From Polaromonas sp. (lineage in GTDB: Bacteria > Pseudomonadota > Gammaproteobacteria > Burkholderiales > Burkholderiaceae_C), in assembly GCA_043749385.1 (NCBI GenBank), contig JAYVDN010000214.1:1-29819 (forward strand): DNA of 29,819 bases. The letters run 5' to 3'. Under the pieces are notes generated by a model, which was not told where the DNA came from, did not search any database, and worked only from the letters and a program-made list of their open reading frames with translations. Positions 1 to 8,069 of the stretch are shown piece by piece (position 1 is the stretch's first letter; every line of letters begins with the position of its first letter). The translations under genes were made by a program, and so were the position numbers.

Positions 1-21
1 GCTAAATACTTTATCCGACAT
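1..21 (-). CDS. 5' end of a gene running off the left edge (MSDKVFS...)
   Basis: The minus strand reads AAGGAG-cgtttgagtt-ATG TCG GAT AAA GTA TTT AGC: a strong Shine-Dalgarno with normal spacing. Only 7 codons are visible. Confidence 0.4.
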
Positions 22-159
22 AACTCAAACGCTCCTTGAAAAACGCTGAGTCTGCTGGTCTGGCGCTGAACTTTCAAGATGGGTTTGCCGGACGCTTACT
101 GGCGACGGTTCTAAGGCACGGTACAAGGTGAATGTCTACAAATGTTGCAGCGTTGAAAT

Positions 160-1023
160 TTAATTGCCAGCTTCTTTTATATCTTTTGCATAGATAGATC
201 GGGATACAAAGTCACGTAAAAGTTCCGGGTCCACACTTGGGGGCCGGAGAGATTTGCGATTTCCCATGCGAAAACGCTCATAAAGTTCTGGTACACCTGC
301 TTCTAAGCATAAGTGCCGAAGCGGGCGATCCAGGCGTTCGAGAATACGCATTCCAATTTTGTCCTTTTCATTATTAAGTACAAACTGGAGTTCGTCCAGT
401 GGCTCAATAAGATCCATAACGGCACGCTCTGAGATTCGCGGTTGAACCGATCTTGAAGAGTTCATTCGACTAAGTTCGAGAAGTTCTTCGAGAATGTCAC
501 GATCAGAACGGTGCTTTTTCTTTGCGCCTTTATCATTGGATTTCAGGATTGAATCAATTTCTGTTTCAAGCCTAGGCCACCACATCTCGAATACGTTATC
601 GAGGACAGTTGTTTCGAGCCTGGACTCACTAGCTGCACTGTTAATTGTTGCGAATAAGCGTTTAAAGTCTTCTTTAGTAAAACGGGTCGCCTGAAAGCTC
701 GTCAATGGTCCCTTGACATCCGAGTTTTCCATGCCAAATAGAAGAGTGCAGACGAGACTTCGTTCGAGACTTTTAGATAACGCGCCAGCTTCAAACAATA
801 TCCATGGTTTTTCGGTGTTGTCTGAAGTTAGACAAATAATGCCAATGTTGGAACTCTCCAATTCATTCGAAATCTCCGAACCCCACTTGGCACCTTTCTC
901 GATATCTTCAGGGGAGAAACATGGTTTAACGAATTGAAGTGCGGACGGTAGCCAATTGTGGAGAGCTTGCCCAAGTCTCTGGCTAAGAGGTCCGCTCCAA
1001 GAGATAAATACTTTGGTAGCCAT
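160..1023 (-). CDS. TIR-domain protein (TIR_2-like N-terminus, unknown C-terminal region)
   Basis: Start revised to MATKVFISWSG (ATG at 1023, AAAGGA SD upstream). TIR motifs: KVFISWS, FSPEDIEKGAKW, IICLT, PWILFEAGAL (Glu at the catalytic position), GPLTSFQAT. AT-rich relative to neighbours. Confidence 0.85.
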   Translation of the reverse strand: MATKVFISWSGPLSQRLGQALHNWLPSALQFVKPCFSPEDIEKGAKWGSEISNELESSNIGIICLTSDNTEKPWILFEAGALSKSLERSLVCTLLFGMENSDVKGPLTSFQATRFTKEDFKRLFATINSAASESRLETTVLDNVFEMWWPRLETEIDSILKSNDKGAKKKHRSDRDILEELLELSRMNSSRSVQPRISERAVMDLIEPLDELQFVLNNEKDKIGMRILERLDRPLRHLCLEAGVPELYERFRMGNRKSLRPPSVDPELLRDFVSRSIYAKDIKEAGN

Positions 1024-1088
1024 AGATGTTCCTTTGTGAAATGCATTGTACTCATGGTTACACGCGTGGAATGTGCAAACGCCAGAAC

Positions 1089-1213
1089 GCGGCGAGTGAA
1101 TGGGAGTGGGATGAAAAAACTGTAGCAAGGCGCGGCGGGGACTGATGATGGCTACATAAACTGTGCGCGTGTTTGCGTAAGTTTTTTGCAGCGCACTCCC
1201 GTTCGCTCACCGC
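1089..1213. repeat. Long imperfect inverted repeat (arms about 33 bp)
   Basis: Left arm gcggcgagtgaatgggagtgggatgaaaaaact (1089-1121); reverse complement of the right arm gcggtgagcgaacgggagtgcgctgcaaaaaact (1180-1213). Confidence 0.75.
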
Positions 1214-1263
1214 TTGCCTGCCAAGCTGGATATGCTTGTGCCTCTTAAATGTCTAGACCGTCT

Positions 1264-1917
1264 TTAAATCATACGCCGCTGCTTGTCCTGCAATTTTTGC
1301 TGTAGTTGCGTAATCGTGTCGGCCACGCCGGGTAGGCTGGGGTTGACGGCCTGAGCGCGTTCAAAATAGCTGAGTGCGCGATCAAGATCGCCCTGGCGCA
1401 GGTAAATTTGACCATATCCCGACAGAGCGCCAAAGTGGTGGGGGTTGCGTTTGATGACTTCATCGCAGTCTTTGAGCGATAGCTCAAACGCGCCCATCAT
1501 GTAGTGCAGCGTAGCGCGCTTGTTCCAGGCCTCGGCAAAAGCGGGCTTCTTTTGGATGATGCTGGTGAACGTCGCCACGGCTTCGGGCAAGCGAGCGTCC
1601 TGCATTTCTTGCACGCCGCGTTGGTACAGCGTATCAATGGCCGCATCGCCCGAGCGGCTCCAGATTTGCCACAGCGCAGCGGTGGTAGCAGAGCGAACGC
1701 GTACATCGTCGTCATGCAGGCGCTTGGCCAGCACATTGGCATCGGCCATGGTGCCAATATCACCTAGCCTTACCACCCCTTCATAACGTGCCCGCACTGT
1801 GGGTGACTCCAAAGCGCTCAGGGCTTGCGCGCGGGTAGGCTCGCCAGGAGCGGCGCTGACGGATATCGCCATCGCTACAAGAATCAAACTCAAATGCAAG
1901 CGGATTAGCCCAAACAT
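1264..1917 (-). CDS. Exported HEAT/TPR-repeat protein
   Basis: Start revised to MFGLIRL (CAGGAG SD). Signal-like N-terminus (..AMAISVSA), HEAT-like segment (DDDVRVRSATTAALW), TPR repeats (AEAWNKRATLHY, ALSGYGQIY). Confidence 0.8.
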   Translation of the reverse strand: MFGLIRLHLSLILVAMAISVSAAPGEPTRAQALSALESPTVRARYEGVVRLGDIGTMADANVLAKRLHDDDVRVRSATTAALWQIWSRSGDAAIDTLYQRGVQEMQDARLPEAVATFTSIIQKKPAFAEAWNKRATLHYMMGAFELSLKDCDEVIKRNPHHFGALSGYGQIYLRQGDLDRALSYFERAQAVNPSLPGVADTITQLQQKLQDKQRRMI

Positions 1918-2010
1918 GATGATCTCCTGCGGTGGACAGATATTGGATACAAGCGCCAAGCCTACAGAATACGCTTTTTCTTGAATTTGCGAAATTTCTA
2001 CATATAACCA

Positions 2011-2058
2011 GGCTGCAGGCCAATGAAATATAGCGGGAACAGCTATTAAATAAGAAGC
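2011..2058 (-). repeat. 48-bp dispersed repeat, copy a
   Basis: gcttcttatttaatagc tgttcccgctatatttc att ggcctgcagcc; overlaps the last codons and stop of the SDR gene. Confidence 0.8.
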
Positions 2059-3047
2059 AACTCGGGTTCCAAGCCAGCACGCAAACCGGCCTGTACATCA
2101 CCATAGCGCAGTACCAAACGCAGCTCTTCTTTCATTCGCGTGTTGTCTAGTCTGCGCGACTCACTCATAAACGACAGCAGCATCAGCGGCAGCTGGTCTT
2201 GCGCTGCATCGCGGCCCACGCGGGGCGGGCGGGGCAGGTTGTACAGGTCAGCGGCGGCATCGAAATAGTCGCCCATTTTGAGCTGCGTGTCGTCGCTTAC
2301 GTTGTAAACGCGCTGCGCTTTGCCGCGCCACAGGGCGGCTACTGTTGCGCGGGCCAGGTCATCGGCGTGGATGTGGTTGGTGTACACGTCGTCCTCAGCA
2401 CGCAGCACGGGCGTGCCTTTGAGCAGGCGCGCGCGCGGGGTGCCGCCCTCGCGGTCGGGGGCGTAGATGCCAGGGATGCGCAAGATGCTGGCGCGTACAC
2501 CGCTGGCGCGGCCGTAGTGGCGCAGCTGGCGCTCGGCATCTACCCGGCGCTGGGCGCGCGGGGTGTGCGGCTGCACGGGGCGCGCCTCGCTTACCCACGC
2601 GCCGCCGCAGTCGCCATACACACCGCTGGTGGAGCCGTAGACGATGCTCAGCGGTGCCGTGCGCCTGCGCAGTGCTTGCAGCAAGTGCTGGGTGCGTGGG
2701 TCGCGCCACCACTGGGCCGTTTGGCCCGCACCGCGCGCAGCCAGGCCCTCGCTGGGTGGCGGGGCCATGTGAATCACGCGGGTGGCAATGCCCGACAGGC
2801 GTGCCAAAGTAGCGGGGCTGTCTAAATTGCCGACGAGCGGCGTGACGCCCCAGGCACGCAGCTCAGCGACCCGGCTGGGTGTTGAGGTCAATGCGATGAC
2901 CCTGGCGCGCGGGCTCAAACGACCTGCAGGGGAGCTATTGAGATCCCGCGCCACGCGCAGACCCACGTCGCCGCAGCCGACGATCAAAATGCGGGCTTGG
3001 CGAAAGCGGCGAGGCCGCGCACCTAAAGGGGATTGGTTTGAAGGCAA
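2046..3047 (-). CDS. Atypical SDR / NAD-dependent epimerase-dehydratase family protein
   Basis: Rossmann motif ILIVGCGDVG, STSGVYGD, LRIPGIY, HIHADDLA; no canonical YxxxK seen. TTG start; exact start uncertain. Confidence 0.85.
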   Translation of the reverse strand: MPSNQSPLGARPRRFRQARILIVGCGDVGLRVARDLNSSPAGRLSPRARVIALTSTPSRVAELRAWGVTPLVGNLDSPATLARLSGIATRVIHMAPPPSEGLAARGAGQTAQWWRDPRTQHLLQALRRRTAPLSIVYGSTSGVYGDCGGAWVSEARPVQPHTPRAQRRVDAERQLRHYGRASGVRASILRIPGIYAPDREGGTPRARLLKGTPVLRAEDDVYTNHIHADDLARATVAALWRGKAQRVYNVSDDTQLKMGDYFDAAADLYNLPRPPRVGRDAAQDQLPLMLLSFMSESRRLDNTRMKEELRLVLRYGDVQAGLRAGLEPELLLI

Positions 3048-3156
3048 AATAGGGGATTAGCAAAAAGAATCTGCGGGACACACCTGCAGGAGAGCCTTCA
3101 AGCATACCAAGACCTGCGCTGCCCTACCTGGCGCAGGCAAAGTTTCAGGAACCCCT

Positions 3157-4194
3157 ATGTCGTTTACCGTTACCGTGCAGCCCAGTGGCCGCAGCTTCAC
3201 CGTCAACCCAGACCAGGCCATTTTGGCCGCAGGCATTGCGCAAGGCATAGGCATGCCCTATGGCTGCAAAGACGGGGCATGCGGCTCCTGCAAATGCAAA
3301 AAACTCCAGGGCATCGTGGTACACGGCCCGCACCAAAGCAAAGCGCTGAGCGATGAAGAAGAAGCCAATGGCTATGTGCTCACCTGCTGCGGCGTGCCGC
3401 ACAGCGACGTGGTGCTGGAGAGCCGCCAGGTCACCGAAGTGGGGGCCATGCCGATCAAAAAGATGCCCTCACGCGTCACCCTGCTAGAGAAAAAATCGCC
3501 CGACGTGATGCTGCTCACGCTGCAGCTGCCCGCCAACGACGTGATGCAGTTCCACGCCGGCCAGTACGTAGAGTTTTTGCTGCGCGACGGCGCACGGCGC
3601 AGCTATAGCATGGCCAATGCGCCGCACACCTTGGTGGCGGGCTCGCCCACCATTGAGCTGCACATCCGCCACACGCCCGGCGGCAAGTTCACCGACCATG
3701 TTTTCAGCGCGATGAAGGAAAAAGAAATTTTGCGCATCGAAGGACCGTTTGGCAGCTTTTATTTGCGCGACTCGGACAAGCCGATGGTGCTGCTGGCGTC
3801 CGGCACCGGCTTTGCGCCCATCAAGGCCTTGATTGAGCACATGCAGTTTAAAAACATCAAGCGCCCCGCCGTGCTGTACTGGGGTGGCCGCCGCCCCGAG
3901 GACCTGTATATGCACGACTGGGTGATGGCCAAGGTGGCCGAGATGCCCAACCTGACCTACATCCCCGTCATTTCCAACGCCACCGCTGAAGACGCTTGGA
4001 CAGGCCGCACGGGCTTTGTGCACCAAGCCGTGATGCAAGACCACCCCAATCTCAGTGGCCATCAGGTCTACGCCTGTGGCGCGCCGATTGTGGTGGACTC
4101 GGCCAAGGCCGACTATATTGGAAAATGCGGTTTGCCCGAAGACGAGTTTTTTGCAGATTCATTCACCACCGAGGCTGACAAGGCGAAGGCCTAG
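3157..4194 (+). CDS. 2Fe-2S ferredoxin / FAD-NAD(P) reductase (CDP-6-deoxy-delta-3,4-glucoseen reductase-like)
   Basis: CKDGACGSCKC...C iron-sulfur motif, RSYS FAD motif, SGTGFAP NAD motif, YACG near the C-terminus. Confidence 0.88.
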   Translation: MSFTVTVQPSGRSFTVNPDQAILAAGIAQGIGMPYGCKDGACGSCKCKKLQGIVVHGPHQSKALSDEEEANGYVLTCCGVPHSDVVLESRQVTEVGAMPIKKMPSRVTLLEKKSPDVMLLTLQLPANDVMQFHAGQYVEFLLRDGARRSYSMANAPHTLVAGSPTIELHIRHTPGGKFTDHVFSAMKEKEILRIEGPFGSFYLRDSDKPMVLLASGTGFAPIKALIEHMQFKNIKRPAVLYWGGRRPEDLYMHDWVMAKVAEMPNLTYIPVISNATAEDAWTGRTGFVHQAVMQDHPNLSGHQVYACGAPIVVDSAKADYIGKCGLPEDEFFADSFTTEADKAKA

Positions 4195-4262
4195 TTTCTT
4201 CGGCCGCATTCTCAAGCTCGCTACGACCCCCCGCCCACATCTGTCCATCTCTGAGGCCAAGC

Positions 4263-5249
4263 ATGTACACGCCATCTTCTATGCATCGATTAGCTCTTAA
4301 AACTATAGCTTGCGCCGCGATATTCTGCTGGGCTACAGGCAGTTTGGCACAACAAAAGACAATCCGCTTGGTCGTACCCTACGCAGCCGGTGGCCCGATC
4401 GACGTGACGGCCCGCGTGCTGGCCGAACGGGTGAAAGACAGCCTGGGCACGGTCATCATCGACAACAAGCCCGGCGCAGGTGGCAACATTGGAGCCGATG
4501 CGGTGGCCAAGGCCGCGCCCGATGGTTTGACCATTGGCATCGCCGCGCTGGCCACCCACGCTATCAACCCTTGGCTGTACAGCAAGATGCCTTACAACGC
4601 GGCCACAGACTTTGCGCCCATCACGCAAATGGTGCGCGTACCCAACGTGCTGGTGATGAACACCGACACCGCGGCACGGCTGAACATCAACACCCTGGCC
4701 GACCTGGTGCGCTATGCCAAAGCGAACCCCGGCAAGCTCAACTACGGCAGCGGCGGCAACGGCAGTGGTGGCCATTTGGCGGGTGAGATGTTCAAGCAGC
4801 AAGCGGGCGTGTTTGCCGTGCACATCCCCTACAACGGCGGCAACCCGGCCCAGTTGGCCCTGCTCTCAGGCCAGGTGGACTTTAACTTTGACAATCTGGC
4901 CACTGCCGCGCCCAACATCCGCGCAGGCAAGCTCAAAGCGCTGGCAGTGACCAGTGCCCAGCGCCACACAGCCCTGCCTGATGTGCCCGCTGTGGGCGAC
5001 ACCCTCAAAGGTTTTGAAGTAGACACCTGGTGGGGCTTGGTGGCGCCCAAAGGCACGCCGCCAGAGCTGGTAGAAAAATACAATAAAGCATTTGTGGAGG
5101 CACTAGGCCAAGAGGCCACCAAAACCCGCTTCGCCAGCCTGATGGCCGAGCCCGTGGCCAGCAGCAGCGCGCAGTTTGGCGCCATGATGCTGCGCGAGCT
5201 AGCCAAATACGAAAAGCCGGTCAAGGCCAGTGGCGCAAAAGTAGACTAA
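4263..5249 (+). CDS. Bug/TctC tripartite tricarboxylate transporter substrate-binding protein
   Basis: IRLVVPYAAGGPIDVTAR, DNKPGAGGNIG, HIPYNGG, LKALAVTS..R motifs. The start could instead be 4281. Confidence 0.92.
   Translation: MYTPSSMHRLALKTIACAAIFCWATGSLAQQKTIRLVVPYAAGGPIDVTARVLAERVKDSLGTVIIDNKPGAGGNIGADAVAKAAPDGLTIGIAALATHAINPWLYSKMPYNAATDFAPITQMVRVPNVLVMNTDTAARLNINTLADLVRYAKANPGKLNYGSGGNGSGGHLAGEMFKQQAGVFAVHIPYNGGNPAQLALLSGQVDFNFDNLATAAPNIRAGKLKALAVTSAQRHTALPDVPAVGDTLKGFEVDTWWGLVAPKGTPPELVEKYNKAFVEALGQEATKTRFASLMAEPVASSSAQFGAMMLRELAKYEKPVKASGAKVD
4293..4340 (+). repeat. 48-bp dispersed repeat, copy b (in Bug signal peptide)
   Basis: gctcttaaaactatagc ttgcgccgcgatattct gct gggctacaggc; the most diverged copy, but ungapped. 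Confidence 0.65.
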
Positions 5250-7135
5250 GGCCTGACCGGCACATTGCCCCGTGATTTGGGTGGTGCAATTAGGCTTGCG
5301 TTTTGCACTGGTGCAAGTCGGGGCTCAATCGGATTGGCTTCGATCGCGTCAATCTTGGCTACCAGGTCTTGTCTGCGTTTCACAGGATCTATCTCTGCGG
5401 CCATTTCACCCGGGCGCGAGCTCAGCGGTGAATCTACAAACTGCATTTTGCGCGGTGTGCCATGGCTCATTTGGTTCAAGCGCGTGCGCAGCGACTCCAT
5501 CACTTCATTGGCTGAAATGCCTTTGTCAGTCGGTGTCCAGACTGCCAAATGCACGTTGTACACGTCGCCATCGCTGAGGGTGCGGGTGGGTCGCAAACAG
5601 GTGGTGATAATTTTAGTGCTGAGCGCGGTGAGCATGTCGCGCGATACGGGCGACTCCACCAGGTAGACAAAATGGTCATCGTCCAAACGTGCCACGGTGT
5701 CAATGTTGCGCGCCAGGCGGCGCAAGCGCGCACCCAAATGCGACAGCACCGCACCACGTTGGGCCGATGACAAATTGTCTACTTGCTTGTTGTAGTCCAG
5801 CCAACGCAGCATGATGACGCCGCAAGGCTCTTCAAAGCGGGCGCTGCGGGCCAGCACCAGGGGCAAACGGGTAATGGCGATACGGGCGGAGGATAAACCG
5901 GTAGACATGTCGGTGTGTGCCAGCGCTGATTCACGCTCCAGCGCCGCTGAGCTCTCTTTGTTGCGCAGCACCAAGCCTGCGTACACCACCATCATGCCAA
6001 CACAGCCAGTGATAACGCTCAAGAGCTGCGCAACCTCGACGTGGGCGATCCAGCCAAAGTTATAGGACAAACGGGCCAACATCGACAGTGTGAGCGGTGC
6101 AAAGCCGCCCACCATCAACCACAACCATGGCTGGGAGCGCCAAGCCATCCACGCCAATGCACCCAGATTCCACAGCATGGCCACAGCGGCCAGCACGGTC
6201 AGGCCCATGCGCGGCAGGTTGTTTTGCATGACCGCAAACGCGAGCGAGCCTGCGAGTAGCAGCGCGATCAAGGCCAGCGATATTTGGTAAATGCGGGCAA
6301 AGGCCTCTTTGGCATAGCTGACCTTGACCACAAACCAGGTGCTGGCAGCCAAGGTCCACAGAGGCACTATCACCCCCATCACTTTATTGAGGTAAACGCT
6401 GTCTGGCCACAAGCGCAGGCCGGCAAAACCTATCAATACGAGTTGTGTCAAAAGCAGTGAAAACACCATCAAAGCAAACCACGCAAAATCCAGATTGCGG
6501 TTCATCCGCATGGAGACCAGGCCCAGCGCGGTCAATAGGCCAAACAGCCCCAGCATCAAACCCACAATGCCACCCACCAGGGAGGCCGAATTGATGTATT
6601 CGCTGGGGCTGATCAACTCGGGTCGCTCGGAAATGGGAGCGCGATGTTCCAGCTTGAGGTAATAGGTTTGCGGGTGGTCTGCGCGGGTGGACAACTCGAA
6701 GCTGGGCAAGCGGGTCGGCACAGGCCAGTGGTTGACGGCTATGTTCTCGCCTGCAGTCAATGTCATCCAGCCGCTTTGCTCGTTTTGAAAATACAAGGTG
6801 GCCTGCTCCAGCTGCATACGCGGAATACGCAGATACCAAGTTTGGGCAGTGGCGGTAGCGGGCAGTGCAAAACGCAGCCACACGTCACGCTCGGGTGCAG
6901 TGGGCAGCCCAGCGCCCGGGGCCAAGTCTACAAAGCCCTTGGCGCGGGCGGCATCGGTAAATTCGTTGGGGTTGCGTGCCGCCCCTTTGGGAAGAGCTTG
7001 CCACTGCAAGGGGGCCGCCAGCTTGAGCGTGGTGCTGTCATCAAACAGCTTGCCCAACTCTTGGGCCGTGGCCATTTGCGGCGCCCATAAACCAGCGCAT
7101 AGCAACCAACAGCAAAGGAGAAAATGTCTCAGCAC
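5246..7135 (-). CDS. 7TM-DISM extracellular + 7TM receptor protein with degenerate GGDEF domain
   Basis: Signal peptide; DISM2-like segment (VWLRFAL, WYLRI, AGENIAVNHWP); about 7 hydrophobic helices; GGDEF fold with DMSTGL and RNIDTVARLDDDHF in place of RxxD-x5-GGDEF. GTG start. Confidence 0.8.
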   Translation of the reverse strand: MLRHFLLCCWLLCAGLWAPQMATAQELGKLFDDSTTLKLAAPLQWQALPKGAARNPNEFTDAARAKGFVDLAPGAGLPTAPERDVWLRFALPATATAQTWYLRIPRMQLEQATLYFQNEQSGWMTLTAGENIAVNHWPVPTRLPSFELSTRADHPQTYYLKLEHRAPISERPELISPSEYINSASLVGGIVGLMLGLFGLLTALGLVSMRMNRNLDFAWFALMVFSLLLTQLVLIGFAGLRLWPDSVYLNKVMGVIVPLWTLAASTWFVVKVSYAKEAFARIYQISLALIALLLAGSLAFAVMQNNLPRMGLTVLAAVAMLWNLGALAWMAWRSQPWLWLMVGGFAPLTLSMLARLSYNFGWIAHVEVAQLLSVITGCVGMMVVYAGLVLRNKESSAALERESALAHTDMSTGLSSARIAITRLPLVLARSARFEEPCGVIMLRWLDYNKQVDNLSSAQRGAVLSHLGARLRRLARNIDTVARLDDDHFVYLVESPVSRDMLTALSTKIITTCLRPTRTLSDGDVYNVHLAVWTPTDKGISANEVMESLRTRLNQMSHGTPRKMQFVDSPLSSRPGEMAAEIDPVKRRQDLVAKIDAIEANPIEPRLAPVQNASLIAPPKSRGNVPVRP

Positions 7136-7325
7136 AAAATTTACTTTTTAAGTCTGCCTTCTGCGCGCCACATGCCGCAGTGAATGGCAAGGCCAGACTT
7201 TAGTTGTAAATTGGGTACTTGTTACGATTGTTTTTGCACTGTTGTGTGATAAGTCACATTATGAGGGCTGGGCCAATACCCGCCCTACAAGTGCGTGCGA
7301 TTTGCCACAGATTGATGCGACAAAT

Positions 7326-8054
7326 TTACTCGCCCAAATAAGCTGCCCGCACTTTCGGGTCGTTCAAAAGTTGCTTGGCCTCGCCACTCATGGTGATCAG
7401 GCCCGACTCCATCACGTAGCCCCGGTTGGCTATGCTCAGGGCGCGGCTGGCGTTTTGCTCTACCAGCAGCACGGTGACGCCTTGGGCGTACACGTCGCGC
7501 ACCACTTCAAAAATCTTGTCCACCATGATGGGCGACAGGCCCATGGAAGGCTCGTCCAGCAGCAGCACCTTGGGGCGGCTCATCAGCGCGCGGCCCATGG
7601 CCAGCATTTGCTGCTCGCCACCACTCATGGTGCCAGCCAACTGGTCTTTACGCTCTTTGAGGCGGGGAAAAATGCCAAACACTTTGTCGATGTCGTTGGC
7701 GATCTCGGCCTTGTCGGTGCGAATGTAGGCACCCATCTGCAAGTTCTCGGTAATCGTCATGCGGGCGAACACGCCGCGCCCTTCGGGCACCATGGCCAAG
7801 CCTTGTTTGACCAAGTCCCACGAGCCTTTGCCAGCGATGTTTTGGCCCAAGTATTCAATCGTGCCCCCAGCGGCAGCCAGTGAGCCGGTGATGGCCTTCA
7901 TGGTGGTGGTTTTACCTGCACCGTTGGAGCCTATCAAGGTGACCAGCTCGCCCTCACGAACTTCAAAGTCTGCGCTCTTGACGGCCTGGATGCCACCGTA
8001 AGACACTTTGAGGCCCGATACCTTGAGCAGGACTTTGTTGCTTTGTTCAGTCAT
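7326..8054 (-). CDS. livF: Branched-chain amino acid ABC transporter ATP-binding protein
   Basis: GSNGAGKTT Walker A, MSGGEQQM signature, LLLDEPS, C-terminal VRAAYLG. Confidence 0.95.
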   Translation of the reverse strand: MTEQSNKVLLKVSGLKVSYGGIQAVKSADFEVREGELVTLIGSNGAGKTTTMKAITGSLAAAGGTIEYLGQNIAGKGSWDLVKQGLAMVPEGRGVFARMTITENLQMGAYIRTDKAEIANDIDKVFGIFPRLKERKDQLAGTMSGGEQQMLAMGRALMSRPKVLLLDEPSMGLSPIMVDKIFEVVRDVYAQGVTVLLVEQNASRALSIANRGYVMESGLITMSGEAKQLLNDPKVRAAYLGE

Positions 8055-8069
8055 GTTGTCAGTTCCTCT

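Noticed and set aside
62-90. GGCAAACC...GAAA resembling a c-di-GMP-I riboswitch
   Set aside because: The P2 stem around GAAA does not pair and the downstream GCAAAG/tetraloop-receptor arm is absent.
45-115. Possible integron attC site after the TIR gene (AAC...actcagcGTT on the minus strand)
   Set aside because: The R boxes do not fit RYYYAAC/GTTRRRY and the L boxes do not pair; no integrase is in view.
160-1917. TIR + TPR genes as a two-gene defence system
   Set aside because: The TPR protein has host-like GC and an export signal and is separated by a large inverted repeat; adjacency looks like an insertion boundary rather than an operon.
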